The translations under genes were made by a program, and so were the position numbers. Positions 56,417-64,000 of a DNA stretch of 64,000 bases are shown here, piece by piece. Each line of letters starts with the position of its first letter. The stretch's first letter is position 1. Location of the stretch: contig CAKVFH010000002.1 of the NCBI GenBank assembly GCA_934746515.1, forward strand, positions 65,576-129,575. The letters run 5' to 3'. The DNA comes from an uncultured Clostridia bacterium (lineage in GTDB: Bacteria > Bacillota > Clostridia > Christensenellales > UBA1242). The notes beneath the pieces were generated by a model that saw nothing but the letters and a program-made list of their open reading frames with translations, was not told the DNA's origin and did not search any database.

Positions 56417-56505
56417 TGGCGCAGAGAACGAGATTTGAACTCGTGATACCTAATTAGTATGCCAGTTTTCGGGACTGGTACATTCGACCGCTCTGACATC
56501 TCTGC
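56417..56505 (-). tRNA. tRNA-Ser (anticodon CGA), class II with a long variable arm and encoded CCA
   Basis: The minus strand reads GCAGAGA TG TCAG AGCGGTCGAA TGT A CCAGT CCCGAAA ACTGG CA TACTAATTAGGTATC ACGAG TTCAAAT CTCGT TCTCTGC G CCA, which folds as a cloverleaf. Confidence 0.85.
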
Positions 56506-56921
56506 ATATTATTTGATAAAACTATTATCGTCTTTTATTTTAAAAATTTTTCAAGCGCTCGTCAAATCAATATTGGGCTATAAATTTATTTTTATTTATT
56601 ATTTATTTTTTGATATTTTATTGTATTATTTTTCTTATATTAAATATTATAAAAACTGCACTATATATTTATGTTTTAAAATTATGCACAAAAATATAAA
56701 ACCGCATAAATTTATCATTATTTAACACATTTTTATGCCAAATTAACTTAATTTTGCGTTTTTTAATAGAATTATAAGATATTATTTTATTAAAAGCATA
56801 TAAGTAGAAGTTAGAAAAAATATGGTTTTTCAATAAAAACAAATATATTTTGCGCTTTTTAAAAAAGACCAGCAAGAATAAATTATTCTCACTAGCCTTT
56901 TTATTTGTTATTTAAAAACAT

Positions 56922-58526
56922 TTAAGCTTTAAAATCAATGGCAGCTTTAACAAAAGATACAAATAATGGATGTGGTTTTGTTGGTCTGCTTTTGAGTTCT
57001 GGGTGAAATTGAACACCAATAAAATATTGCTCTTTATTATTAAATTCAACTGTTTCAACAATATTCTTTTCAGGGTTGACTCCAGAAATGATAAGACCAT
57101 TTTTCACAAGCAAATCTTTAAAGTCGTTGTTAAATTCATATCTGTGTCTGTGACGCTCACTAATTATGTCTGATTTGTAAGATTTATCCATTATTGTTCC
57201 TGGCACAATCTTGCATGGATATGCACCGAGACGCATGGTTCCACCTTTCTTTTTGCCCAATTGGTCTGGCATAAGATCAATCACGAGTTCATTTCCGTCA
57301 CTATCAAACTCTCTTGAACTTGCATTTTTAAGTCCCGCAACATCTCTTGCAAATTCAATAACAGCAATCTGCATACCCAAACATATTCCAAAATATGGAA
57401 CCTTATGAGTTCTTGCGAACTTGCATGCCAAAATTTTTCCTTCAATACCACGAGTTCCAAAACCGCCAGGAACAAGCACACCATGCGCACCTTTTAAAAG
57501 CTTTTCAGCTTCTTCATCGCTTGTGATATCTTCAGCTTCAATCCAGCGAATTTTTACATGCTTGCCATTTTCATAACCTGCATGATTCAATGCTTCAACA
57601 ATTGAAATGTAAGAATCTCGAAGCTTGCAATATTTTCCAACAATAGCAATCTCAACTTCGCCTTTTCTTGATTTCATTTTGTCAAGCATTGCATTCCATT
57701 CAGAAAAATCAATTTTATTATCAGGGAGATTTAATTCACGAACCGCAACTTCATCAAGTTTCTTTTCATGCAAATAACCTGGACATGCATAAAGATCTGA
57801 AAGCGTAACATCGTTAATAACGCAATCGCTTTTAACATTGCAGAACATTGCAATTTTGTTAAGCAAGCCTTCATCAATTTCATTATCACTTCTAGCAATA
57901 ATAATGTTTGGTCTAATGCCCATACCTTGAAGCTCTTTTACTGAATGTTGTGTTGGCTTGGTTTTGTATTCATCAGAACCAGAAATAAATGGAACCAAAC
58001 AAACATGCACAAACAAACAATTTTCAAGCCCAACTTCCAATGAAAATTGTCTAATAGCTTCAATAAATGGCTGGCTCTCAATATCGCCAATCGTTCCGCC
58101 GATTTCTGTAATCAAAATATCAGGATTGTTTGTTTCAATATTTTTTCTAATAAATTTTTTAATTTCATCAGTCACATGCGGAATAATCTGAACAGTTTTG
58201 CCAAGATAATCACCGTCTCTCTCTTTGTTCAAAACATTCCAAAAAACTTTACCACTCGTAAGATTCGAATACTTGTTCAAATTGATATCAATAAATCTTT
58301 CATAGTGCCCCAAATCCAAATCGGTTTCGATTCCGTCATCAGTAACAAACACTTCACCATGTTCGTTTGGATTCATTGTTCCTGGATCAATGTTTAAATA
58401 TGGATCAAATTTTTCCACAAAAACATTATATCCTCTCATCTTCATAAGCCTGCCAAGACTTGCCGCAATGATGCCCTTACCAATACCAGAAACAACACCG
58501 CCTGTTACAAAAATATACTTTGCCAT
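56922..58526 (-). CDS. pyrG: CTP synthase
   Basis: MAKYIFVTGGVVSGIGKGI... and GICLGMQ (glutamine amidotransferase Cys). Confidence 0.97.
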   Translation of the reverse strand: MAKYIFVTGGVVSGIGKGIIAASLGRLMKMRGYNVFVEKFDPYLNIDPGTMNPNEHGEVFVTDDGIETDLDLGHYERFIDINLNKYSNLTSGKVFWNVLNKERDGDYLGKTVQIIPHVTDEIKKFIRKNIETNNPDILITEIGGTIGDIESQPFIEAIRQFSLEVGLENCLFVHVCLVPFISGSDEYKTKPTQHSVKELQGMGIRPNIIIARSDNEIDEGLLNKIAMFCNVKSDCVINDVTLSDLYACPGYLHEKKLDEVAVRELNLPDNKIDFSEWNAMLDKMKSRKGEVEIAIVGKYCKLRDSYISIVEALNHAGYENGKHVKIRWIEAEDITSDEEAEKLLKGAHGVLVPGGFGTRGIEGKILACKFARTHKVPYFGICLGMQIAVIEFARDVAGLKNASSREFDSDGNELVIDLMPDQLGKKKGGTMRLGAYPCKIVPGTIMDKSYKSDIISERHRHRYEFNNDFKDLLVKNGLIISGVNPEKNIVETVEFNNKEQYFIGVQFHPELKSRPTKPHPLFVSFVKAAIDFKA

Positions 58527-58540
58527 AATTCCCCCTTAAT

Positions 58541-58605
58541 TTAAAAAAAATAAAAAAAGAGTTTTTTTTTATGGGCATAGGAATGTCCACAAAAAAACTC
58601 TTTGC
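58541..58605 (-). promoter_or_regulatory. pyrG leader terminator/attenuator hairpin
   Basis: The minus strand reads AAAGAGTTTTTTT-(22-nt loop)-AAAAAAAAACTCTTT followed by TTTTTTATTTTTTTT, immediately upstream of the pyrG RBS (AAGGGGGAA). Confidence 0.55.
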
Positions 58606-59128
58606 TCTCTTTATTTATTCTGACAAGATAATAGCACATCCATTTTCATTTTGCAATAATATTCAATCACAAAATCATATTTGTATATTTTTCACAAAAT
58701 TTAATCATCTTAAACTTTCCACCACCGCACTTAAAAAACCGCAAATTAAAATAAAATCTTTCAACAGATACGCTGCAATTATTTTTAAAAAATTTACACT
58801 ATAAATTGTAATATTTTGCTTTAATTTTAAATAAAAATACATTTTAAATGTAAAATCAAGCAAATTAAAATTTTGTTAATTGAAACAAATTGAAAAAATT
58901 TATAAAAAAATATTTCACTGGTTTGCGCTACTGCCAAATAACCTATGCATTGATATAAAATTAACACAAATTGAAAATAAATTTTACGCTAAAAATATCA
59001 GCAAAATTTTCTCTCTTTTTATAATTGTTTTTTTTGTTTCTAAAAATTTTTTCTTCAATATCATATACTACTTTGTCTTTCCAATATATCTTCACATAGC
59101 AAAAGATAAAACCAATTTTGCCCGTGTG

Positions 59129-59332
59129 TGATATAATTTTAATGATATTGTTCGTTGCACTCTCAATGATATTACTCGCTGCGCTCATAATGATATAATA
59201 TTTCCTTCAATCGTTTTGCTATAGCAAAATATCATTGCTTTAGCAATATCATTCGTGAAACGAATATCATTTCCGTTTGGAAATATCATTGTAAGCAAAA
59301 AGCAAAGCCTTTGCGACTTTGCTTTTGCTTAC
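59129..59332. repeat. Array of the 9-mer AATGATATT (3-4 direct copies, 24-bp spacing) and its complement AATATCATT (4 copies, 17-19-bp spacing), ending in a 16-17-bp-stem hairpin
   Basis: Forward copies at 59141, 59165 and 59189, with a partial copy at 59129. Reverse core ATATCATT at 59229, 59246, 59264 and 59283. Mini-palindromes lie between the reverse copies (GCTTTAGC, CGTGAAACG, TCCGTTTGGA). Hairpin GTAAGCAAAAAGCAAAG...CTTTGCTTTTGCTTAC at 59291-59332. Confidence 0.85.
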
Positions 59333-59333
59333 T

Positions 59334-59387
59334 TGTGTGTATACAACCAAAAGTCTTTTTTTGATTATTTTTCTTTGATTTTGCGAC
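59334..59387. repeat. Direct repeat copy A (~50 bp)
   Basis: TGTGTGTATACAACCAAAAGTCTTTTTTTGATTATTTTTCTTTGATTTTGCGA. A 30-nt core is identical to copy B. Confidence 0.85.
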
Positions 59388-59529
59388 TGATTTTGATTAT
59401 CACACACTTTTTGATTATTTTAGATTTTTTGCTGTTTAATTTTACGACAGCATTTTTTGATTTTGCGAAATCAAAATCATTTTTGTTTTAAACTATCTCC
59501 AACTCATTTTTTTTAATAATTGTGTTCTC

Positions 59530-60129
59530 CTATACATCGTATACAAAAAAATCATTATCTTGCACTCTTGTTATCTTGATATGGTATTCTTTTTCGTAAC
59601 TCAAAACTCTTTCTTTCATTTCATTACTTGTTTTATTCCAATGTGGAAAAAAGTTTATTTTTACAATTCCAAGACCTTTATATGAAGGCAATTCGATATC
59701 ATATTTAGGCTTTGTTCCTTTTTTTAAATCATAAATCCATTTAAGGTCTGTACCAAATATCATTGAGCCTGCGCTCTCGCCAATTATGTTGCCACCATTT
59801 TTCAAATATGTAATAAAAGCACTTTTTAAATCACATTTTTGAATTAATTCAAAGAAAGGTGCGAGATCTCCTCCTGTGATATAAACTATGTCATAATCTC
59901 CCAACTCTTTAATGTTGTTTTCGGTTAATGAAATTTGAGTTACTGACTTTGCTATTTTAGAAAAATTATCTTTTATGATAGGCACGCCTTTTAGATTACT
60001 TCCTGTTAAGGTTGCATTATCGACCAAGAGAACTTTTTTATTTCTAGAAAATGCTTCTATTATTTCATCGCATTCCTTACCTCTTTGTCCGTTCAAATAA
60101 CCACCAGATGTTAATATCAACTTTCCCAT
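59530..60129 (-). CDS. S51 (peptidase E)-family protein, second paralog
   Basis: Motifs ITGGDLAPFFELI, GESAGSMIFG and FFPHW. Start ATG 60129 follows GGAGAG. Confidence 0.65.
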   Translation of the reverse strand: MGKLILTSGGYLNGQRGKECDEIIEAFSRNKKVLLVDNATLTGSNLKGVPIIKDNFSKIAKSVTQISLTENNIKELGDYDIVYITGGDLAPFFELIQKCDLKSAFITYLKNGGNIIGESAGSMIFGTDLKWIYDLKKGTKPKYDIELPSYKGLGIVKINFFPHWNKTSNEMKERVLSYEKEYHIKITRVQDNDFFVYDV

Positions 60130-60257
60130 AAAATATCTCTCCTTTTGCATTATAGCATATTTTTGTTTGTTTTATAGCGTTTATATTATAGTTTATCAAA
60201 AATATTAGTATAATAAACCAATTTATTTTGCTTTCGCTTATAAATTTGGTGTTGTAT

Positions 60258-60292
60258 TCACAATAAAAAGCATTCCATAAATGAAGGCTTTT
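60258..60292 (-). terminator. Terminator downstream of the 60415 gene
   Basis: Stem AAGCATTC/GAAGGCTT (one mismatch) followed on the minus strand by TTTTTATT. Confidence 0.5.
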
Positions 60293-60306
60293 TACTTAGT
60301 TTATAT

Positions 60307-60358
60307 GTGTGTGTACAATCAAAAGTCTTTTTTTGATTATTTTTCTTTGCTTTTGCGA
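60307..60358. repeat. Direct repeat copy B (~50 bp)
   Basis: TGTGTGTGTACAATCAAAAGTCTTTTTTTGATTATTTTTCTTTGCTTTTGCGA. Lies 972 bp from copy A. Confidence 0.85.
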
Positions 60359-60414
60359 TTTCTTTGATTTTTTTAATTCTTTTGATTTATGGTGGTATAA
60401 TCATAAGTTTTCTT

Positions 60415-61362
60415 TTATTCTACAATGTTGCGATTATCACTCATTGAAATAATTTTTTCATATGTTAATTTATCTATATTTATAGGTTTAATTTCTAATA
60501 AGTTATTATTAATTGCTGGCATAAATGTCTGTCTTACTGTCTCAAAATCAGCTTCTGGATTTCTTCTATATTTTACTAAGTCGTGTTCCAATATTGGAAC
60601 AATTAAAATAAGTTTTGCGTTTTTACCTGTTGCCTTTTTGTAAAAGTATATTTTATTAAGAATATAGTAAATCATAAATATACTTGGAGAATACGCTGTA
60701 AATTGCGATTTTATTTCTAAAAAACATTCACAATCATTTTGAACGAAATATCCATCAAATCTAATATTTTTTTCCATAATAGGATCAAAACCTATCATTC
60801 CTTCTTTAAATTGCATATCTTTAAAAATTTTATTTTTATCAATATTTAATTCATTTACTACTTTATCATAAGCATATTTCTCAAAATTTCTAAAAAATAA
60901 TCTTCTATTATGCAAATCGTTACTTAAATCTCTTTCAGCTTCAATTGCATCTTCATCTTTTTGTTCAGATTTATTTTTTTCATCAATATCAGAAGCTTTT
61001 TCAACACCAAGCGATTTTTCATAATCACTACTTAAGATAATATTTTGTGTATTACTTTGCTTTGTTATGAAATTAATTTGTGCTATTAATTGATTTCTTA
61101 AAGTTTCATTCTCCTTTTTTGATCTTTCCAAGTCTTGATCTGTTTCTTTCAGTTTTTTCTTTAAACTGATAAGATTTCCGATACTAAAGCTGTCAAACAT
61201 TTCAGATAAAACAAGGATAATAAGTAATGCAGTACAAATAATAATTCCACCAGTTATTACAAACTTTTGCTCAGAAAGCAAAAATGATATTATTATAAGC
61301 GTAGCAAGAAATAAACTTAAAATTACAATTAAAATTCGTGTAAATATATTTTTATTATTCAT
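60415..61362 (-). CDS. Membrane-anchored coiled-coil protein with a C-terminal PD-(D/E)xK-like nuclease motif
   Basis: Two N-terminal TM helices and a coiled coil (KKKLKETDQDLERSKKENETLRNQL). The C-terminal domain carries FEKYAYD ... IRFDGYF ... CFLEIKS (E / D / ExK spacing). Confidence 0.4.
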   Translation of the reverse strand: MNNKNIFTRILIVILSLFLATLIIISFLLSEQKFVITGGIIICTALLIILVLSEMFDSFSIGNLISLKKKLKETDQDLERSKKENETLRNQLIAQINFITKQSNTQNIILSSDYEKSLGVEKASDIDEKNKSEQKDEDAIEAERDLSNDLHNRRLFFRNFEKYAYDKVVNELNIDKNKIFKDMQFKEGMIGFDPIMEKNIRFDGYFVQNDCECFLEIKSQFTAYSPSIFMIYYILNKIYFYKKATGKNAKLILIVPILEHDLVKYRRNPEADFETVRQTFMPAINNNLLEIKPINIDKLTYEKIISMSDNRNIVE

Positions 61363-61505
61363 ATAACCTCTATGTTTTTGTTTTTTTTTAATTATAACAT
61401 AAAATCCAAAATTATCACATTATTTTACACAAAAATATATATTATTTTTAAACTAATATCAATGCTAAAAATACAACAAATAATTAATTAAAACATAAAT
61501 TTAGT

Positions 61506-62738
61506 TGTTAGCTTGCCTACTTTTGATATCATGATATAATAATAAAAAACTAATGGAACTTCAATGAAAAAGTATACGATCAAATTCAAAGAAATAATTA
61601 TAAAGGAATATAAAAATGGGACAAGTTACAGGGAAATTAAGAAAAAGTATAATGTACCAAAAACTTGTCTTTATGATTGGTTAAAATTATATTCCATAAA
61701 AGTTCATAAAGATGAAAAGATTTTTACATACGAACAATATGAAGATTTGCAGAAAAAGTTTGAAAAAGTATCTAGAGAACTTGAAATTATAAAACTTTCT
61801 CATTGTTTTGCCGACTCTCCAAGGAAACAAAAAGAAGAAGCAATTGAAAAACTAATGGATAAATTCCCAGTAAAAGAAATGTGTAGAGTTTTGAATTTGC
61901 CCACTGGCACATTTTATAACTATCATCTTCGTAGAGTTAAAATCACACAAAATCAAATTCGAGATGAATATCTAAAAGGTGAAATTCTTAAAATTTTTAA
62001 TGAATCAGGTCAACGGTTTGGCACTCCAAAAATAACTGCAAAACTATCAACATTAGGAATAAAAACTACAAAGAGTAAAGTTTCAAATTTAATGAAACAA
62101 ATGAACATAAAAAGTAAACAATGTAAAAAACGAACATTTGAAAAGACTCAAGGTAAACTTCCTTATTGTAGGAATTATCTTAAAAGACAATTTGAACAAA
62201 ACAAACCAGACAAGTTTTGGGTTGGAGATATTACTGCAATTTTTATTAAAAACAATAAGTTTTATCTGTGCGTGATTTTGGACTTGTTTTCAAGAAAAGT
62301 TATCGCATATAGATTATCCAGTCAAAACAATAATAATTTATCTATCAACACTTTTAAAGATGCCTTCGAAATAAGAAATCGTCCTACTGACCTATGTTTT
62401 CACAGCGACCAAGGAACGAATTATACAAGTCATGAATATAGGGATTTACTCAAAGCCTTAAAAGTAAAACAATCATTTTCAAGCAAAGCCAACCCATACG
62501 ACAATGCCGTAGTAGAATCATTCTTCTCAAATTTTAAGCGAGAAGAAATAAATCATCATAGCTACGAGTATTTTGAAGAATTGCAAGAATCTGTTAAGGA
62601 ATATATGAACTATTACAATGATTACAGACCACATTCCAGTCTAAAAAATAAAACACCCAACCAAGTCGAAAACGACTATAAGTTGAGTGTTCTTGCCGAA
62701 CTTTCCGTCTGAAAAGTTATCAGACTTCAAGTCCAACA
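61506..62738 (+). mobile_element. IS3-family insertion sequence (boundaries approximate)
   Basis: Imperfect terminal inverted repeats: TGTTAGCTTGCC... on the left and TGTTGGACTTGAAG... (complement) on the right. An internal extended -10 (TGATATAAT) lies at 61531. Encloses the transposase ORF. Confidence 0.6.
61564..62712 (+). CDS. IS3-family transposase, single fused ORF (HTH + DDE/rve)
   Basis: N-terminal HTH (NGTSYREIKKKYNVPKTCLYDWLK). DDE contexts WVGDITAI, HSDQGTNYTS and NPYDNAVVESFFSNFKRE. Confidence 0.9.
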   Translation: MKKYTIKFKEIIIKEYKNGTSYREIKKKYNVPKTCLYDWLKLYSIKVHKDEKIFTYEQYEDLQKKFEKVSRELEIIKLSHCFADSPRKQKEEAIEKLMDKFPVKEMCRVLNLPTGTFYNYHLRRVKITQNQIRDEYLKGEILKIFNESGQRFGTPKITAKLSTLGIKTTKSKVSNLMKQMNIKSKQCKKRTFEKTQGKLPYCRNYLKRQFEQNKPDKFWVGDITAIFIKNNKFYLCVILDLFSRKVIAYRLSSQNNNNLSINTFKDAFEIRNRPTDLCFHSDQGTNYTSHEYRDLLKALKVKQSFSSKANPYDNAVVESFFSNFKREEINHHSYEYFEELQESVKEYMNYYNDYRPHSSLKNKTPNQVENDYKLSVLAELSV

Positions 62739-62742
62739 CACT

Positions 62743-63107
62743 TGGTGGAGGTGGCGAGGGTTGAACTCGCGTCCAGAAAGAGAACCATTACCCCTTCTAC
62801 ATGTGATAGTTTGTTTTGTGATTTCATTAGAGTGTTTAAACAAACAAAATTCAATCTAACTATTTGATTTTATCTCGAATTTTGACGCATCAAAATCATC
62901 AGAATTCATCCCACATAGTTTAACAACAACGCATGGTCTGTGAGAAACCATGAATTGCCGTGTAGCTTAAATTAAGCTGCAATTGCTGCATCAGCAGCAA
63001 CAAAATCGCTTTCTGCGTTTATTTTTTTCCAATTTTTAATGTAGTTTGGGCTACACACATGCTTATAAATAATGTTTCTGTCTCCCTGTCGAAACCGAAA
63101 CACCCCC
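62743..63107 (-). ncRNA. ssrA: tmRNA (ssrA)
   Basis: 5' end GGGGGTGTTTCGGTTTCGAC. 3' end GCGAGTTCAACCCTCGCCACCTCCACCA. The tag reading frame ends ...GCAGAAAGCGATTTTGTTGCTGCTGATGCAGCAATTGCAGCTTAA (AESDFVAADAAIAA*). Adjacent to smpB. Confidence 0.9.
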
Positions 63108-63120
63108 ATGAATGAAATAA

Positions 63121-63567
63121 TTAACCTTGTTTAATTTGTCTTTCAGCATATCTCTTCAAATCTGACTTCATCAAATCTTGGCGTTTATCATACAAATGTT
63201 TTCCTTTTGCAAGCGCAATTTCAACTTTGACTTTATTTTTATCGTTAAAGTACATTTTTGTTGGAATAATTGTAAGACCTTGCGTTTTTATTTTCTTTTC
63301 AAATTTGAAAATTTCTGAATTATTCAAGAGAAGTTTTCTTGTTCTTCTTTCGTCTGGAGCAAATGAAGATGTTTTTTCGAATTGCGAAATAAACGCATTC
63401 AAAAGATACGCTTCACCGCCACGAATAACAACATAGCTATCTTTTAAGTTGCATTTTCCTGCACGAAGTGACTTAACTTCACTGCCCACAAGCACAATTC
63501 CCGCTTCAGTAAACTCTTCCAAAAAATAGTTATGTTTTGCTTCTCTATTTTCAGTTATTATTTTCAT
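63121..63567 (-). CDS. smpB: SsrA-binding protein
   Basis: NREAKHNYFLEEFTEAGIVLVGSEVKSLR. 148 aa. Confidence 0.95.
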   Translation of the reverse strand: MKIITENREAKHNYFLEEFTEAGIVLVGSEVKSLRAGKCNLKDSYVVIRGGEAYLLNAFISQFEKTSSFAPDERRTRKLLLNNSEIFKFEKKIKTQGLTIIPTKMYFNDKNKVKVEIALAKGKHLYDKRQDLMKSDLKRYAERQIKQG

Positions 63568-63694
63568 ATAACCATATTAACACAGTTTATGCAATAAATC
63601 AAGAATTTACAATAAAAATAAAAAGGTTAAAAAGCTATTGCAATTATGTTGAATTTGTATTATAATATAACTATAAAGTCTAGGGAGGAGTTTT

Positions 63695-64000
63695 ATGAAA
63701 AACACTGGAATTGTAAACAATAGACGCGTGGGAGCTGGATACACATGGGCTCAATTGAGACCTGTTTTAGAAACAACTTTTTACACCAACGCAAATTTTG
63801 ACTCAACAAAGTCATTTATTTTGCCATTTTCAAATGATTATGCAGATTATTCAACTGGAATTCCTAGAATTTTCCATTTCCAAGTAATCAAAAATGAAAA
63901 CATAAAAATTACAAAAGCCAACGGAATTTTGGATTTAGCAATACCTATTCTCCCTGTTGGTTGGGACACTAATTCAAAACAAGACATGGATGATTTTGTA
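63695..64000 (+). CDS. Hypothetical protein, 5' part only (open at the window edge)
   Basis: A strong RBS (AGGGAGGAG) lies 6 nt before ATG 63695. 102 codons without a stop (MKNTGIVNNRRVGAGYTWAQLRP...). Missing from the track because it has no in-window stop. Confidence 0.6.
   Translation, partial: MKNTGIVNNRRVGAGYTWAQLRPVLETTFYTNANFDSTKSFILPFSNDYADYSTGIPRIFHFQVIKNENIKITKANGILDLAIPILPVGWDTNSKQDMDDFV

Noticed and set aside
58560-59130. The AT-rich 1-kb gene-free region could be a replication origin (one DnaA-box-like TGTCCACA at ~58584).
   Set aside because: There is only a single weak box and it falls inside the pyrG leader hairpin loop. No dnaA/dnaN is nearby and there is no cluster of boxes.
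59129-59332. The short-repeat array could be a CRISPR locus.
   Set aside because: The repeats are only 9 bp with 8-15-bp spacers, and the orientation flips mid-array. No cas genes are present. This is incompatible with CRISPR architecture.

Overview
Chromosomal segment from a low-GC bacterium (about one-third GC by eye), probably Bacillota or a Mollicutes relative. It reads in the standard bacterial code: TGG encodes Trp, and TGA ends the IS transposase and the 21414 gene. About three quarters of the window (18.5-64 kb) is mainly housekeeping, mostly on the minus strand. Recognisable genes are murI, rpsT, holA, comEC, acpP, an HtrA-like protease, ung, a Nudix hydrolase, rpsI-rplM-truA, PFOR, metK behind a SAM-I riboswitch, xth, pflB-pflA, greA, ogt, tRNA-Ser, pyrG, tmRNA and smpB. 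Between them lie many lineage-specific acidic, coiled-coil or membrane-anchored proteins of unknown function. The stand-out is the left 18 kb. A single uninterrupted minus-strand ORF runs from 12446 to nt 3 (at least 4148 codons, still open at the window edge). It is absent from the supplied ORF track because it has no stop inside the window. It encodes a polytopic membrane giant with a VirB6/ConG-like topology at its N-terminus, a Gly/Pro hinge, a coiled coil, about five recombining Gly-zipper repeat modules (720-800 bp period) and a long helical tail. Upstream of it are two paralogous pilin-like (VirB2/TrbC-type) 2-TM proteins. Divergently transcribed are a VirD4/TraG-type coupling ATPase and a 710-aa doubly anchored surface protein. 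No relaxase, VirB4 or integrase is visible, so I treat this as a candidate unusual type-IV-secretion-like apparatus. Smaller accessory spots: (1) a translationally coupled module of a 66-aa protein, a PIN-like protein and an S51 peptidase-like protein at 47.2-48.8 kb. (2) A likely island between pyrG and the tmRNA 3' end (58.6-62.7 kb), holding a dense array of the 9-mer AATGATATT in direct then inverted orientation, ~50-bp direct repeats bracketing a second S51 peptidase gene, a membrane-anchored PD-(D/E)xK-like protein, and an IS3-family element ending about 4 bp from the tmRNA CCA end. All functional calls rest on motif recognition by eye; no database search was run.
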